Of a DNA stretch of 64,000 bases, positions 12,781 through 25,068 are shown in pieces. The translations under genes and the position numbers were made by a program. The stretch's first letter is position 1. Each line of letters opens with the position of its first letter. The notes beneath the pieces are model-generated. The model had not been told where the DNA came from. It ran no database searches and was given only the letters and a program-made list of their open reading frames with translations. The stretch comes from Vicugna vicugna. Its lineage: Eukaryota. Location of the stretch: positions 124,001-188,000 of the forward strand of contig MU059903.1 of NCBI GenBank assembly GCA_013265495.1, read 5' to 3'.

Positions 12781-15700
12781 TGGAATGGCGGGCTTGGGGG
12801 GGTAGACGTCCTGCCTCTGGAGGGGCTTCGGTAAGAAGGGGGCGTGGAGGACAGGCAGGAAGCCCCCCCGGGTTCTCATGGAACCGAGGAAAGCGAGCTG
12901 TGGGGGCTCACCAGGGAGGGCAGGAGGGTGCGTCAGCGGGAGACACCTGGCACCCTGTGGTCACAGTGGTGAAGAACCGACTGCACCACTGACTCCGTGC
13001 AGCAGGGAGGGGACATCACTCGTGAGACAGGGACAGTCGGGTGGGGCTGTGTTCTGTGCACAAGAACCCACCTAAAGTAAGGCAAGGAAGGATGGAAATG
13101 AAGGAACGAGTAGAGATAAGTGACGGGAAAAAAAAGGTAAGAGAGTGTGATGGCTGTGCCGGGTGAGGACAAACAGGAAGGACTGACAGTAAGTTACAAG
13201 GGCACCACCTACAGAGAGGGCCCTCTGCTGGCACCCAGGGCACACGGACGCGGAGGGCGGGCCCACCACAGACTCATGCCTTCGTCTCTCGGCATCTAAC
13301 CAGCCAAAAGCACCAGCGAATTATTTTCTGACGAGCATGAATAAATGAGTGATTTCAGATAAAGGTGATTAGCGCCCCGGTCCTTTTCTATCGAGAGTTA
13401 CACAGACTGGGGGTAACACTGGCCTTCCCTGGGGAGACAGGGCCTTACAGTTTCCTTCATCATGAGGAAGTTGCCGCAGCATCTTGGAGACGCCCTGGCT
13501 GTGTCTGTGCCATGTCACTGTGTGAGGCTGCCGGCCGGGTCACTCAGGCCAGTGGAGCTAGTCACTTAACCAGGACCTCCTTGTGCATGCGGCACAGTGG
13601 CTCGTGGGCGGGGTGATTCCGTCTTCACCCTCCCGCCAGTACTTCTGGCAGAGACGTGGCCGGGGCTGCGGGGTCTGACCTCAACCAGTGGGCCTGGGCA
13701 GGGGCTGTGCGGGACGCAGCGGTTCCCAGCTGGGGAAACTGGGAAGTGGCTCCCCTTCCTGATCTGGGAGATGGGAGCAGCAGTGGGTCTGCTGCGTCCG
13801 GGTAGAGAGACCTGAGGGCGGGTGCGCAGGGCCCCCGGGACGCACGGTGGCAGAGATGGACTCAACCGCCCACGGCAGCGCGCTGGCAGGGGAGCTGCTG
13901 TGCAGGAGGCAGTCGCCGTGCGGCGGGGCTTGTGCGCCAGTGTTTGCCCAGCTGCAGCTCAGCCCTTCCAGATAGACAATTAGCAAGTGGATTATCTTGT
14001 TGACTCACGCCCTCGGGGCAGGATGGTGTGTCCGTCCACAGACACTCAGCTGACCCTCGTTCTGGATGGCCCCACGGTCCGCAGAAAAAGAACAGAGTCA
14101 TATTTCAAAGGGTCATATTTCTCTGTCTAAGAGAAACGTAAGCCTGCTAACTCACCTGCTGTTTGAATGATGAACAGGCAGCACCGAGCCTTGGGCGAGA
14201 AGCAGAATAACATCAGAATGTGGATTCTTCCTCCGCGTTGTCTTCAACAAAGGCCCAGAGCATCAGCAAAGAGGGATAAGGATGGGGGTGGGGGGAGGCG
14301 GGGCCTCTGTGCTCCCGGCTGGGGGCCCCCGCGGGACAGGGCAGGGGAGCCGGGGCCACATCCTCGCCCCACCATCAAATGGCATTTCCTCAGCAGAGGG
14401 AAAAGCCCAGCTGGCCGGGCAGGAAAACCTGGCGTCTGGTGGAAGGGCGTCTTTCTTTCAAGGTAAAGCACGGCGGGCCAAGGCTCCGTCGTTACCCTGA
14501 AAACTCTCTTTAACGCCACATGGGCGTACAAGTGTGAGAAAAGCCATCTATGCGCAGTTCCCACTTTAAGACCTGACTTCTCCGGCGGCACCAGCACTCC
14601 CGGCTGCGCACAGGCTGCCTGCGGGTTCACCTCGCGTTTTCAGAAGAGCACGCTTCACAGAGAACGAGGTGCAATGTTTGTAAGTCTCACAGCTGCTCGC
14701 CTGGTGGGATGGCTGACTCTCCCCAATCTTCTCTGACCCATTTTTTCCTTCTTTCTCTGTTCATCCTCAAAACAAACCCAAGACGAGACCAGAAATTCTG
14801 CTCCCCAAACAAGGCAAGATGAAACAGAGTAATAAGCCTTCCATCCGCAGACGGAGATTCCAACGGCCCGCCCTCCGCTTCGGCCGCCGAGCCGAGCCCA
14901 CAGGCAGCGCGGGCCGGTGCTCTGCACAGCCGCATGTGATAGCCTGCTGCCCCGAGAACGGGGCTCTGCCCAGAGATGCCCAGCCCGGCCACGACTCCGG
15001 AGTCTCCTGGCCAAGAATCTGGAGACGCTGAGCAGCAGCATGGCTGGCGCATTTGGGAGGGAGCCTGTGGGGACAAAACTGGACCCCCAGGGGGAAGAAC
15101 CACAGAGAACGGTACCTGCCGGGCCGGGTGGAGGGGGCGCAGCAAGTGTGGGGGCCGGCGCGGAGGGGCATGTGTAGAAAATCACCGTTTGGTCTGAAGG
15201 CTATTTTTGCAACCTGTGTGCCGTCATTTTGTCGTGGTATCTGGGCTGTGAAATGTTACAAATATCATTTTCAATTCCATCACCAGGTCGTGCCTCAGTA
15301 CTGTGAACACTCAGCCTTCACGGACAGGACAGGGTGGAGCCGACCCGCTCTGACTCCTCGGGGAGGACGTGAGTTTACAGACGGCCGCTGGGAGCATCGG
15401 CGCCTCTGCCCAGGGGTGCGCCCGGCAGGTTCCCCAGAGTCAACTGAGCTTCCTTCCTCTGAACAGAACTTGGTCTCCACCACCAGCAGGTGCAGATTCC
15501 ATCAAGAAGCCGGGTGGGACGCAGGGCATCACATAGGCCGGCCGAGTGGCTGGCTGAGGAAGACGTTCAGGGGCAGCTCTGGGCTGGGCTCAGCTCCCGG
15601 GACTGTCCGTCAGGGGCCTCCTCCAGTGCCACCTGGAACTGCATGGGATTCAGGAGCTGAAGGCTCGGCGTGCAAGTGTTGGCCAGCATTAGCCCAGAGG

Positions 15701-16034
15701 CTGATGGGGAATTTAGGTGGGAAGGACCTGTCTGAGCCTCTGCTGGAGGGTCAGGTCCTGTCACCGCTGTGTCTGGACCCAGGGGACTACGTCTCCCAGG
15801 CTCCCTTGGCTATGGCTTCCAGGAGGCTTGGCCGATGAGAAGGAAGCCCTGGGAAGGCCTGAGCTGGGGCAAGGGGAGAGGCCGGGGGGGGCTTCCTCCT
15901 GTGTCAGGCCAGCCTGCACTTCCACCGGAAGGCAACTGGGCCGTGGCTGAGCCCCAGGATGAGGAGGTCTGCCTCTGCTGAGTGGACGTTCTGGGCCTTA
16001 GTGATGCAAAATGCCCTCTCTTACGGCTTGAACT

Positions 16035-16390
16035 GTCTCCCAGACGGATGTGTGGAAGCCCCAAGCCCCCAAAATCTCAGAGCAGGAACTTAGTGGAGAC
16101 AGGCTGTGTTGGCAGATGAAGTTAGTTAAGACGAGGTCATCAAGTTGGGCCTGTTCCAGCCACGGGTGTGACCACGGGTGTCCCGAGGAGACACTCCCCC
16201 CGAAGAAAGCCGCACGTGACCTGGAGGCAGGGATCAGGCTGCGTGTCTGCCAGCTGAGGACTGCCGCCCCCCAGCCTGGGTCAGCAGCCTGGGCTCCGGC
16301 TTCCACTCTGTAGCACAGTTGGTGGTGTTAAGCCGCCCGCTCCGTGGTGCTTCATGTCCGCGGCTACCGTGGCCCTGGGAAGCACTGCCA
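16035..16390 (+). mobile_element. MLT1 solo LTR, degenerate
   Basis: gcagatgaagttagttaagacgaggtcat...gtgacc.ggaggcagggatc...ttaagccgcccgctccgtggtgctt are MLT1 hallmarks. Confidence 0.65.
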
Positions 16391-18689
16391 TGGTGGTTCA
16401 GGCCCGGGAGGCAGTCTCGATCCGCGTTAACCCCTGTGCCCGCCCTCGGTGTGCCAGGGGAGGACCCAGGCCCGCAGGTCAGTGCCCGGTGTGGGCGCCT
16501 GAGCAGACTGTCACTCTCCTCTTGGGCTTTTCTGCTGGTTTGTCTTTGTTCTCTTTTCCTGTCTTATTTCTTGTTAACACAAAGGGGTAACAGTGATGGC
16601 TCTGGGACGGATGCCTGAGCCCCGGCGCGTCAGCAGCGCGAGGGCTGGTGCGACCCCGCAGAGGCAGCAGGTGTCCAGGGCGTCCAGACCAGCAGCTGGG
16701 GCATCCTAGAGCCCATGAGGGCTGGACCCAGTGACCAGAACCTCAGGGGCCAGCATCCGCATCCTGACACAGCCCCCAGAAAAGTCTGAGGCAGCCAAGG
16801 TGGTGGGACGGTCAGGGTAAGTTCTCAGTCGGTGTCGGGAGCTCCGGGTGGTACTGACCGTACATCGTTGTTCCCAGACCCCTACGAAGTGGAGAAGCGG
16901 CCGAGCCCTGATTCCAGGCCAGCATGTCTGCCCTGCGGGGACCAGGAGGGCAGAGCCTGGGGCTAACCCTTCCCCTCCCCTGGGCCCCTACCTCCGAGGC
17001 TGCACTCGAAGGGTCCCTGAGACCCCTCCCAGCCATCAGCACAGGGCTCAGAGCCTCATTCGGGTCTCAGAATCCCAACCTGTGTAATCTGCAAAAGGAC
17101 AGAGGCAAAGGTTGCCAAGCGGGTGTGCAGCACGTCTTCGCACGGACGGACGGACCAGGGCTGATGTTCAGAGGAGGCTGCCCTTCTCCAGGTGCTGGGA
17201 CTTCAAACCCAGGGTGAACTCAGGACGCTGCCCTTAGACACCTCTGGGTCCCACAGCAATCTTCAAGGGTCACCTGCCCAGAGTCCAAGGCGTGGCACGT
17301 GAGGTGGTGTATTCACGTGTGCAGCCACGTGTCAGGCGAGAGCGCTGTCATGCGCTGACCGCGCTGCAGGCGAGCAGGAAGCGCTCAGTCTCAACGAGCC
17401 ACTCCGCTGTGTTACCCTGATGGCGTGTCATTTTTAAACTGCCACGATACTTTAACTACATTCTCAGCATGAATCACTGTGTACCTTAGTGATAAAGCAC
17501 TTCTGCCTGTAACTGCAGGCTGGGGTCCCAGAACACAGTTGGTGCATGTGAACCCTGGTCTGGCTGACAGACTGCTGATCACCCACCTAGACAGGGCTTC
17601 GCGAGATGGACTCTGTCTTCTCCAAGGTGGGTGCTCCCTCCCTCCCTGGTTTTCATTCCTCGCTCTTTGTTAAGCACCCAGCACGCCCCAGGGATTCTGC
17701 TCCAGTCCAGGGGTGCCCCCAGAGCTCCCCATCCTCACGGAGCACATGTCCTAGCCCAGGAGGTGCTCTTACCCACAAAGGAGCACCTGAACCCAGACAC
17801 GAGAGCGGGGGGGGGGGCCCAGGGCACTGGCCTGGCCGGAGGGGGCTCGGGACAGGCCTTGGCTCCTCTGGGCATCAGGACGTCCCCCAACCCTAACCTG
17901 CGCTCACGCCAGGCCCCCCCAGAACCACTGTGCCACAAGGCACAGGCAGGGGTTCTGAAGCACTTGGGCGGGGAGCAGGGTGCTCTCCTGAGTTGTCTCT
18001 CACCGGCGGGTGGGCACTAGGGCTTAAGGGAGGGGATGACGGGGCCACCGGGTCCGTGTCTGCACGCGCAGCATCCACTGGTGGGGCCACACCCTGCATC
18101 TGCGGTGATCCCACCCAGCTGTGCGCCGGTTCTCACCGGCCTCCTCGCGGCCACACCCCGCCCCCAACACCGAGACTCGGTGGTGGTGCTTTCTCCACTA
18201 TCGCATTACACGCAGCAGCTAAAGCCACGCTGCTCGTCCGGGAGGAGGCTCCCGCCGAGCGCGGCTGCACCCTTCTGTCCACAGCCAGGCCTCCCCTCTT
18301 CCTGTTGGGCCCTACTCCCGGACGGTCAGGGGACGTGGGGACAGGCCACCTGGCAGCAACTGTCCCCCTCCGCTCACACCGGGGTCTCACGGCAGTGCTC
18401 GGGCAAGCAGCTTCTCCCTGATTCTGCGTCCTGCCCCAACAGAGCCTCCAGGAACTGAAGGATCAGAATACAGCATGACGTCGGGAAGGGCTGGAGGTAT
18501 GGCCCTGTCGTGGAGGAGGCCGCTGGCCTCCTGCAGGCCCTGTGTCCTGGCGCCCCGGTGTGGGGAGGGCAGGCGGTCTCAGCCAGACCCTGGCGGGGGC
18601 CTGTGAGCACCTGCTAATCGCTACCCCTGCAGCCCAGGCCTCTTGCAGGCTTTGCCCGGAGAGAGCTGTGTGAGGTTTGGGGCCCACAG

Positions 18690-18775
18690 TAGCTGAGACT
18701 CAGAGAGGTTAAGTAACGGGCTGAGACCTGGTTAGTAAGCCGTAGACTGGATGTCGAAACTAAGACTGACCTGTG
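18690..18775 (-). mobile_element. MIR fragment
   Basis: gctgagactcagagaggttaagtaac...ggttagtaag matches the antisense MIR core. Confidence 0.7.
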
Positions 18776-18779
18776 ATTA

Positions 18780-19685
18780 AACAAAAAAAAACAATCAAAA
18801 ATGGGCAGAGGGCTTAAATAGGCATTTCTCCAAAGACACAAAGATGGCCAACAGGCACATGAAAAGACGCTCAACATCACTGACCACCAGGGAAAAGCAA
18901 ATCAACACTGAACCACCACCTCGCGCCTGTGAGGTTGATGCCGTCGGGAAGCCTACAGATAACACGTGCTGGAGAGGGTGTGGGGAGAAGGGCGCCCTCC
19001 CGCTCTGCTCGTGGGAGTGTAAGCTGGCGCAGCCACATTGGAGAACAGTATGGAGGGTCCTGAAAAAAACACAAAGTTACCATATGATCCAGCAACCCCA
19101 CTACTAGGGCTGCACCTGGAAAAAACAAAAATACTAATTCAAAAAGATAATGCACCCCATGTTCAGAGCACTATTTATAAAAGCCAAGATATGGGAGCAA
19201 CCTAAACGTCCATCAGCAGACGACTGGATAAAGATGTGGTATATTTATGCAGTGGAATACTACTCAGCCGTAAAAAGCGTGAACTATTGACATTTGCAGC
19301 AACATGGATGGACCTAGAGATTATCACACCGAGTTAAGTCAGACAACAACAAATACTGTACGATATCATTTACGTGCAGAATCTAAAAATAATACAAATT
19401 AATGTATATGCAAAACAAACCCACAGACACAGAATACAAATCAGTGGTTCCCAGTGGGGAGGGGAGTGGGGAGGGGCTAGACGGTGTGGGGGATGAATAG
19501 ACATGACTGCTGTACGCAAAACAGATGAGCAACAAGGATGCACGGTGCAGTGCAGGGAACTACAGCCGTCACCCTGTAGTGACTTTCAGTGGAGTATAAT
19601 CTGTAGAAGTACTGAACCACTGCGCTCTACACCTGAAACTAATGTAAGGTGGTAAATCAACTCTACTTCCATAATAAAACAAAAG
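18780..19685 (+). mobile_element. 5'-truncated L1 (ORF2 C-terminus and cetartiodactyl-type 3' UTR)
   Basis: ORF 18844-19107 MANRHMKRRSTSL...CWRGCGEKG is L1 ORF2; the 3' UTR ends tacacctgaaactaatgtaaggtggtaaatcaactctacttccataataaaa. Confidence 0.9.
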
Positions 19686-19789
19686 CTGACATGTGATTAT
19701 TTTGCTACTTCTCCGATGAAACCATCTAATTTTAAATTTCCACAAGGCAGCTTGGGTCTTAAAATACGTGTTTAACTGAAAAAGGAAAC

Positions 19790-20830
19790 TGCACAAGATT
19801 TATACGAAGAAAATGAAAATACTACTGGAAGATGTGAAAAAGGACAAGTAAGTGGAAAGGGTTCTGAGATAAGCAGAGTCTCTGCTGGGAAGACCCGAGA
19901 GCACAAGGAGGTCAGTCCGCCGCGAGACGACCCGTGCCATTAATGACAGCCTGCAGCTAACGCTCTGCCACCTCCAGAAAGGCCCAAGGAGGATTCGCTG
20001 AACCAAAATACGGATTCTAAATTTCAGAGGGAAAAGTCATCAGCAAGAATAGTCAAGGAGTTTTTGAAAATTAAACTTCACTTTCAATTACTTTGAAAAT
20101 CACTCTGAAAATTGAAAGTAGTAAGGAACTTGTTATAGACTCTCCATGTTAAACATTAAAATATATATACAGTAATCCAAACAACGTGACATTCCTACTG
20201 TGCCGCACGGGAGCTAAATTCAGGAACTCGTACTAACCTAAAACAAAGACAATGTGAAAAATTACATATATATATATATATATTACATATTATATATATA
20301 TATAAAACTAGATCGCTATGCTGTACACTAGGAACCAACACAACACTGTAAAAACTAACTAAACTGCAATTTAAAAAAATGCAGTATCGGTACAAAAAGG
20401 GACAAAAGCATCAAAAGGGAAAGTCCAGAAACAATCAAATTTATACAGGATTTACTAGGTGACACAGGCAGCATTTCAAGTAAGGACAGAAAGACTAATT
20501 TCTACAATGAAGAACGCTGGCCTAAGCGGGGGAAGAAGCTGGATTTCTGCTTCACACTATTCCAAATCCCGGCTGGAGTTACACGCACGTGGAGAGTGAA
20601 ACCCTCTGAGACGGCATTCCTAAGGGCTCGCTGCCTCGTCCCACAAAACAGATTGCTCCTCAAAGTGGGAGTGAGGAAAGAATCGCCACGAGACCCACAG
20701 TCCGTAAAGAGAAGTCAGGCGCTCCGTACAGCCCCCCTTCCTGCGCAGTCAGCCGGGGAGCACGCTGCGGGCAGCAGGCCCAGATGCAGGAGCGCGCGGC
20801 CTGGCGGCGTCACCAGTCGAGACAGTCGCC
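19790..20830 (+). mobile_element. Very old L1 (L1ME-like) ORF2, host segment 1
   Basis: tatacgaagaaaatgaaaatactactggaagatgtgaaaaaggac and aagaagctggatttctgcttcacac are collinear with the L1 ORF2 sense consensus. The segment is interrupted by younger inserts and resumes at ~21820. Confidence 0.6.
20180..20379 (+). mobile_element. Short L1 3'-end insertion with (AT)n at 20266-20303
   Basis: cctactgtgccgcacgggagctaaattcagg...(at)n...gctatgctgtacactaggaaccaacacaacactgtaaaaactaac matches the cetartiodactyl L1 tail. Confidence 0.8.
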
Positions 20831-21460
20831 GTCCGCGGGCCGCAGGCACGCCCGGGGTCCCCTCGTGGCCTCTGCCCAGGGTCGGTCCCCCGCCCTCCGG
20901 CTGCTCCCGCTCGCCCCTCGGCTCCGCCAGCAGCTCCGCCCTGCTCTCTGGCACCGAGGGGCAGGTCGCCTTTTCCAGAGGGCCGAGCAACCGGAGCCAC
21001 GCGGGGCGCGCCCCGCCTGGTCGCTTTCACTCACGCAGCTGTCGCCGTGTGTATCACAGGCTTGGTCCTCTGTCCTCCCGAGTCACAGGCGCCGCACAGC
21101 GCGGCGCCCCAGGACGCGTCCGCCCACGCGCCGCCGGGGGACGCTTGGGTCCCCTCCCACCTGGGGCTACGACGCAACGCTGCCGCAGGGCCCGGGGCGC
21201 GCGCGTCCGGGCGGGCACGCGGGTCCCCCCCCGGAGGACACCTACGGTGGGCGGCTGGACTTCTTAGGGGAACGGCCAAAACGTTCCCCAAGGCAGCTGC
21301 GCCACCTCTCATTCCTCGCACCTTGCGAGGGCTCCCGTTTCCCCACATCCTCACCGACCGACACCCGTCCTGGCGGGCGCGGGCGCGGGCGCGGCCTCGC
21401 TGCGGGTGGGCGCGCGGCCCGGCGAGGAGCAGCCGCGCGCCTGTACACGCTCGCTGGCCA
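20720..21460. promoter_or_regulatory. CpG island, apparently L1-derived
   Basis: Very dense CpG/GC sequence (e.g. ggcgggcgcgggcgcgggcgcggcctcgctgcggg) read directly. No gene start identified. Confidence 0.75.
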
Positions 21461-21770
21461 CTTAGGTCTCTTTTTTGGTGAAGTGTCTATTCACAGCTTT
21501 AACCCGTTTTAAAAGTTGGGTCATTGTCTTTTTATTATTAAGTTCTAAAAGCGCCTTACGTATTCTGGATGCAAACCCTTCATCAGATATATGACTTGCA
21601 AATATTTCTCCTCAGTCGGTGACTTGTCCTTCCATTGTCTTACCAGCGGCCTTAGAAGAGCAGAAGGTTTTTTTTATGTTCAATTTGTCATTTTTTCTTC
21701 CTTGGATCATGCTTCTGGTGTCATGCCTAAGAAATTTTTGCCTCACCTTACATAAAAAAGTTAGAGATTT
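20830..21770 (-). mobile_element. L1MB-like 3' fragment, antisense, nested in the older L1; left two-thirds strongly GC-shifted
   Basis: 21460-21770 is near-consensus antisense L1 (ggtgaagtgtctattca...tattctggatgcaaacccttcatcagatatatgacttgcaaatattt...gaagagcagaag). 20830-21460 continues collinearly with A/T->G/C changes. Confidence 0.8.
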
Positions 21771-21819
21771 TTGAATTACAGAAAGGAATAGGAACAAAGA
21801 GAAAAGACAAATGACTAAG

Positions 21820-22560
21820 TGGATCAAAACAGTGGAACTCATTTATAAGGTGCTAATTTGTCTGGGAGATAAAGAACTTCTCCGAATCAATAAGCAGAAG
21901 ACCAACCCAGCAGAACAGACGGCAGGGTGCGGGCAGACGGTTCTCAGGGAACGAAACACAAGTGCCTCCCGCACGTGAAACTCCCCATCTTCCTCATGAA
22001 AAGAGAAACGCAGATTAAAACTGTAGTGAGACACCACCATTCCCCTCTCAGGCTGGCAAAGGCCAAACGTGTGACAAACCCTAGGCTGGTGCTGATGGCG
22101 GATCCAGGGACTGGGGGTGGGGGCGAGTCAGTGCAGAATCCGTGCAGAGCAGTTTGGCAATCTCCCGATCAAAAACTGCATACACGCTTCGACCCCCAAA
22201 TTGCACTTCAGGGAATTGCTCTCTTATATACACTGGCCCGTGTGCAAAATACCTGTGTCCAGAGAACCCACCGCAGCATTCGAGGCTGTGTGAAATGGTA
22301 CACTAACCCACCAACAGCCGGCTAAGCGGTATATGGTGATCCCCACAACCAGACAAGGGAACGTTCTTGCAGGTCCCCCTTCTCCCTGGGTTTATGGTTC
22401 CATGTGGAGTGAGTCCCATTCCCGGGTCCCATTCCAAAATGTGAACGGGGGCGGGGCTTCACAAATTGACAAATCAAAGAACTTATCAGGAGATGGGTCT
22501 TTTTGGTATCTTTCGAATTTTGTGCATGTCTTGTCCATTCAAAAAAAAAACAAGAAACAA
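21820..22560 (+). mobile_element. Old L1ME-like element, host segment 2 (ORF2 end and 3' UTR)
   Basis: agataaagaacttctccgaatcaataagcagaagacc...aagagaaacgcagattaaaactgtagtgagacaccacc...cttcgacccccaaattgcacttcagggaatt continues the L1 consensus from about where segment 1 stops. Confidence 0.7.
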
Positions 22561-25068
22561 AAAAGGAAAGAAAGAAACAAAACTTCTTTCAGCCTTACAA
22601 CATCTCTAAAGTAAACGGTTGCTCCTATTTGCAGTTCCGGGAGCCCAGATTGAGAGAGGAGGGGCCGACCCGGCCTCCCAGCCGAGCTCTGCCCACACCG
22701 ACGCTGCCACGGCGCCATTCACGCCTCCCTGATGCCCGGCAGCCTCCGGCCCACGAGCGCTCAGTAGCTGGCGAGCGTCCTCGCAGCCTGCAGCTTGTCG
22801 CCTGTGGGAGAAGCCCTTGGCCCACCTCCTGCTCTTACAGACACACCAGGGCGGTGACACCGGAGCACCTATGCGTCAGTTCAAACTTGACAATTGCAGG
22901 ATCTGTCAGAATCAACCCAAATCCTACTGCAGCTCCTCCTGAGGAGCGCCTGGCTGTGGGCCGGCGGGCAGGACACGGCCCAGGACTGCCGCCCGCTCCC
23001 GGGCGGCAAACGGCGCAAACAGCCATGGTTCACTGTGCATTCCCTTGATGGGACCTGCCATGAAATCCTTCGATACCCACTCTTGTGCCCTTTGTGTTCA
23101 CGTGGAGCTGGAAACAAAGCTCCGGGCTGTTTATTATTTACATTAGCAGGTAGTAGACGGTGTGGCATGAAGACTGGTGCCCACGAGCGATGGACAGGCA
23201 GGGAGAGTGTGCAGCCTGTTCCCCTGGTCCCCGACTGTCTCCCCCAGAAGTGGGTCTGAGATCAGAGGGGGCCCTGGGGGGGTTGGCAGCCCACATGGGA
23301 GGGGCCGTTCAGGGCAGGCTCCCCTACTCGCTGCTCTGGTTCTCTCTCCCAGCGGGAAGGGCGGGCACCAGGACAGCGTGTTTGTGCACAATTCAAATGG
23401 CTCATTTCTCCTGCTCAGTAAGGAACATCTCTCACCTGGAAATGTTTGTTTCACTCAGAAACCTACAGCTGCACCTCTCTGCCACCCGGCTCCCGACCCT
23501 TCCAGCTGCATCCATCAGCACCTGCGTCTGTCACACTGACATGGGGTCCCTGCCTGTGCCCCACTGGCCCCGTGAGAGCCCCCAAACGCCATCTCCTCCC
23601 TCCCACCCACCCCTGTCCCCCAGCCTCATCTCCAGTAATTACGCTCCATGTGAATCATTTTTTAATGTTTGGTTTAATACATCCAAATTCTTTAAACAAT
23701 AAAAAGTAATCAGCAAACAGCATCACAATCTGGTAATCTCCTTAACACAGAACACGGTTCCTCAACGGCACAGGGAAAGAGCTCGCCAGCAAGCCTGACG
23801 ACATAATTAGAAGGCTGTTCCCAGGACGGAGGGGCACTCTCTCTCCAGCTCTCACCACCCTCAGCAAGACCGTCCTCCCTGAACAGCCAGTCGGCTCTTC
23901 CCAGCTCCCCAGATCCGCATGCCTGAAGCCCTCGCAGGCTTCTCCTTACTGACTAAATGGCAAACAGTGACACCTCAGAAGGAAACCGAAAGCGGTAACC
24001 GAATGGGAGCAAACAGCGCAAGGGAGGCTGCAGACAGCATGGCCCCTGGTAGATTAGCGGCAATTTGAGGAGATGGCACTGTCACACCTGGTTGACAGGG
24101 CTCACAGGGTCTGCGATCTCTGCTCCGTCTCACGTTTGAGGGTCACGCTTCGACAGAGACGAGATGCGGGGAAGCCCTTCAGGAGGCAGTCTTGGCTTCA
24201 CAGCAGTGCTGACGACACCCGGAACAAAGGGTCCACAGGGGCGCATGGGGCACCGGCTGGGCTCGGAGTGGCCGTCGCCACTGTCCCCGTCCCCGCAGGG
24301 TCTTTGGCTGAGTGGGAAGCAAAGGGGGGAGAACAAAATGGGGCGGGGCCGGGCTGGACAGACGTTTCCCTGCTCCGGCTTCTGCATCCCTGCGGTCTCC
24401 AGGGTTTTCTAGGGGCTACTGGGTGGGACCCCAGGGGACACCCGGCAGGAGAGGGCGTCTGGAAAGCCGTGGGTGAAGGCCCCGAGCAAAGGCGCTGGGT
24501 CTGGCGGGACGGCGGCTACCCACCCCCTGGGTGGCTGAGGGCCACCGAGGGCCTGCAGAGGGCAGAGGAAGAGGGAAGCCATTTCCCTTCCAGCCTGCTT
24601 GGAGCACCCGAGTAGGACAATCACAGCCTCGTGTTCTTCCCTGCTCCGGGGGACCCTCGGAAGCTCCAAGAGTCCTTCTGAGGAGATGGCCTGGGAGAGA
24701 TGCCCTGACAGGGCCCCTGTGCCAGGGAGGGTGGCCCAGAGCCAGCCCCAGCATACGTCTGGAGGTCCTCCTCCCCAACCCCACAGAAGAGCAGTGAGCG
24801 TCTCCGGCTCCCCCTGCCCTGTGATGGTGGGCATCCTGGCTGACAGAGAGGTGGCGCAGTGTAGAAGCTTCCGGAATGCGGAGCAGCACAGGCCGGATAC
24901 TCTGCAGAGTATCCTTCCCCACTCCCGCCCACCGCAGGGGGACATGCGGAGACCGAGGCTGTCGGCGCTGGATGTCACGGGCGGCGGGGAGCCCAGCCCA
25001 AGGCACAGCCCTGCTTCCCATCACCCTTCAGTCAGATGTTTGCCGTGAGCTTCAGCAGAAACTAGTCA

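Noticed and set aside
14495-14630. Kinase-like HVALKRVF motif on the minus strand
   Set aside because: No other kinase subdomain nearby and no supporting exon structure; a short chance match.
20596-21512. 223-aa and 242-aa ORFs over the CpG island
   Set aside because: The sequence appears L1-derived and GC-shifted; loss of stop codons follows from AT depletion.
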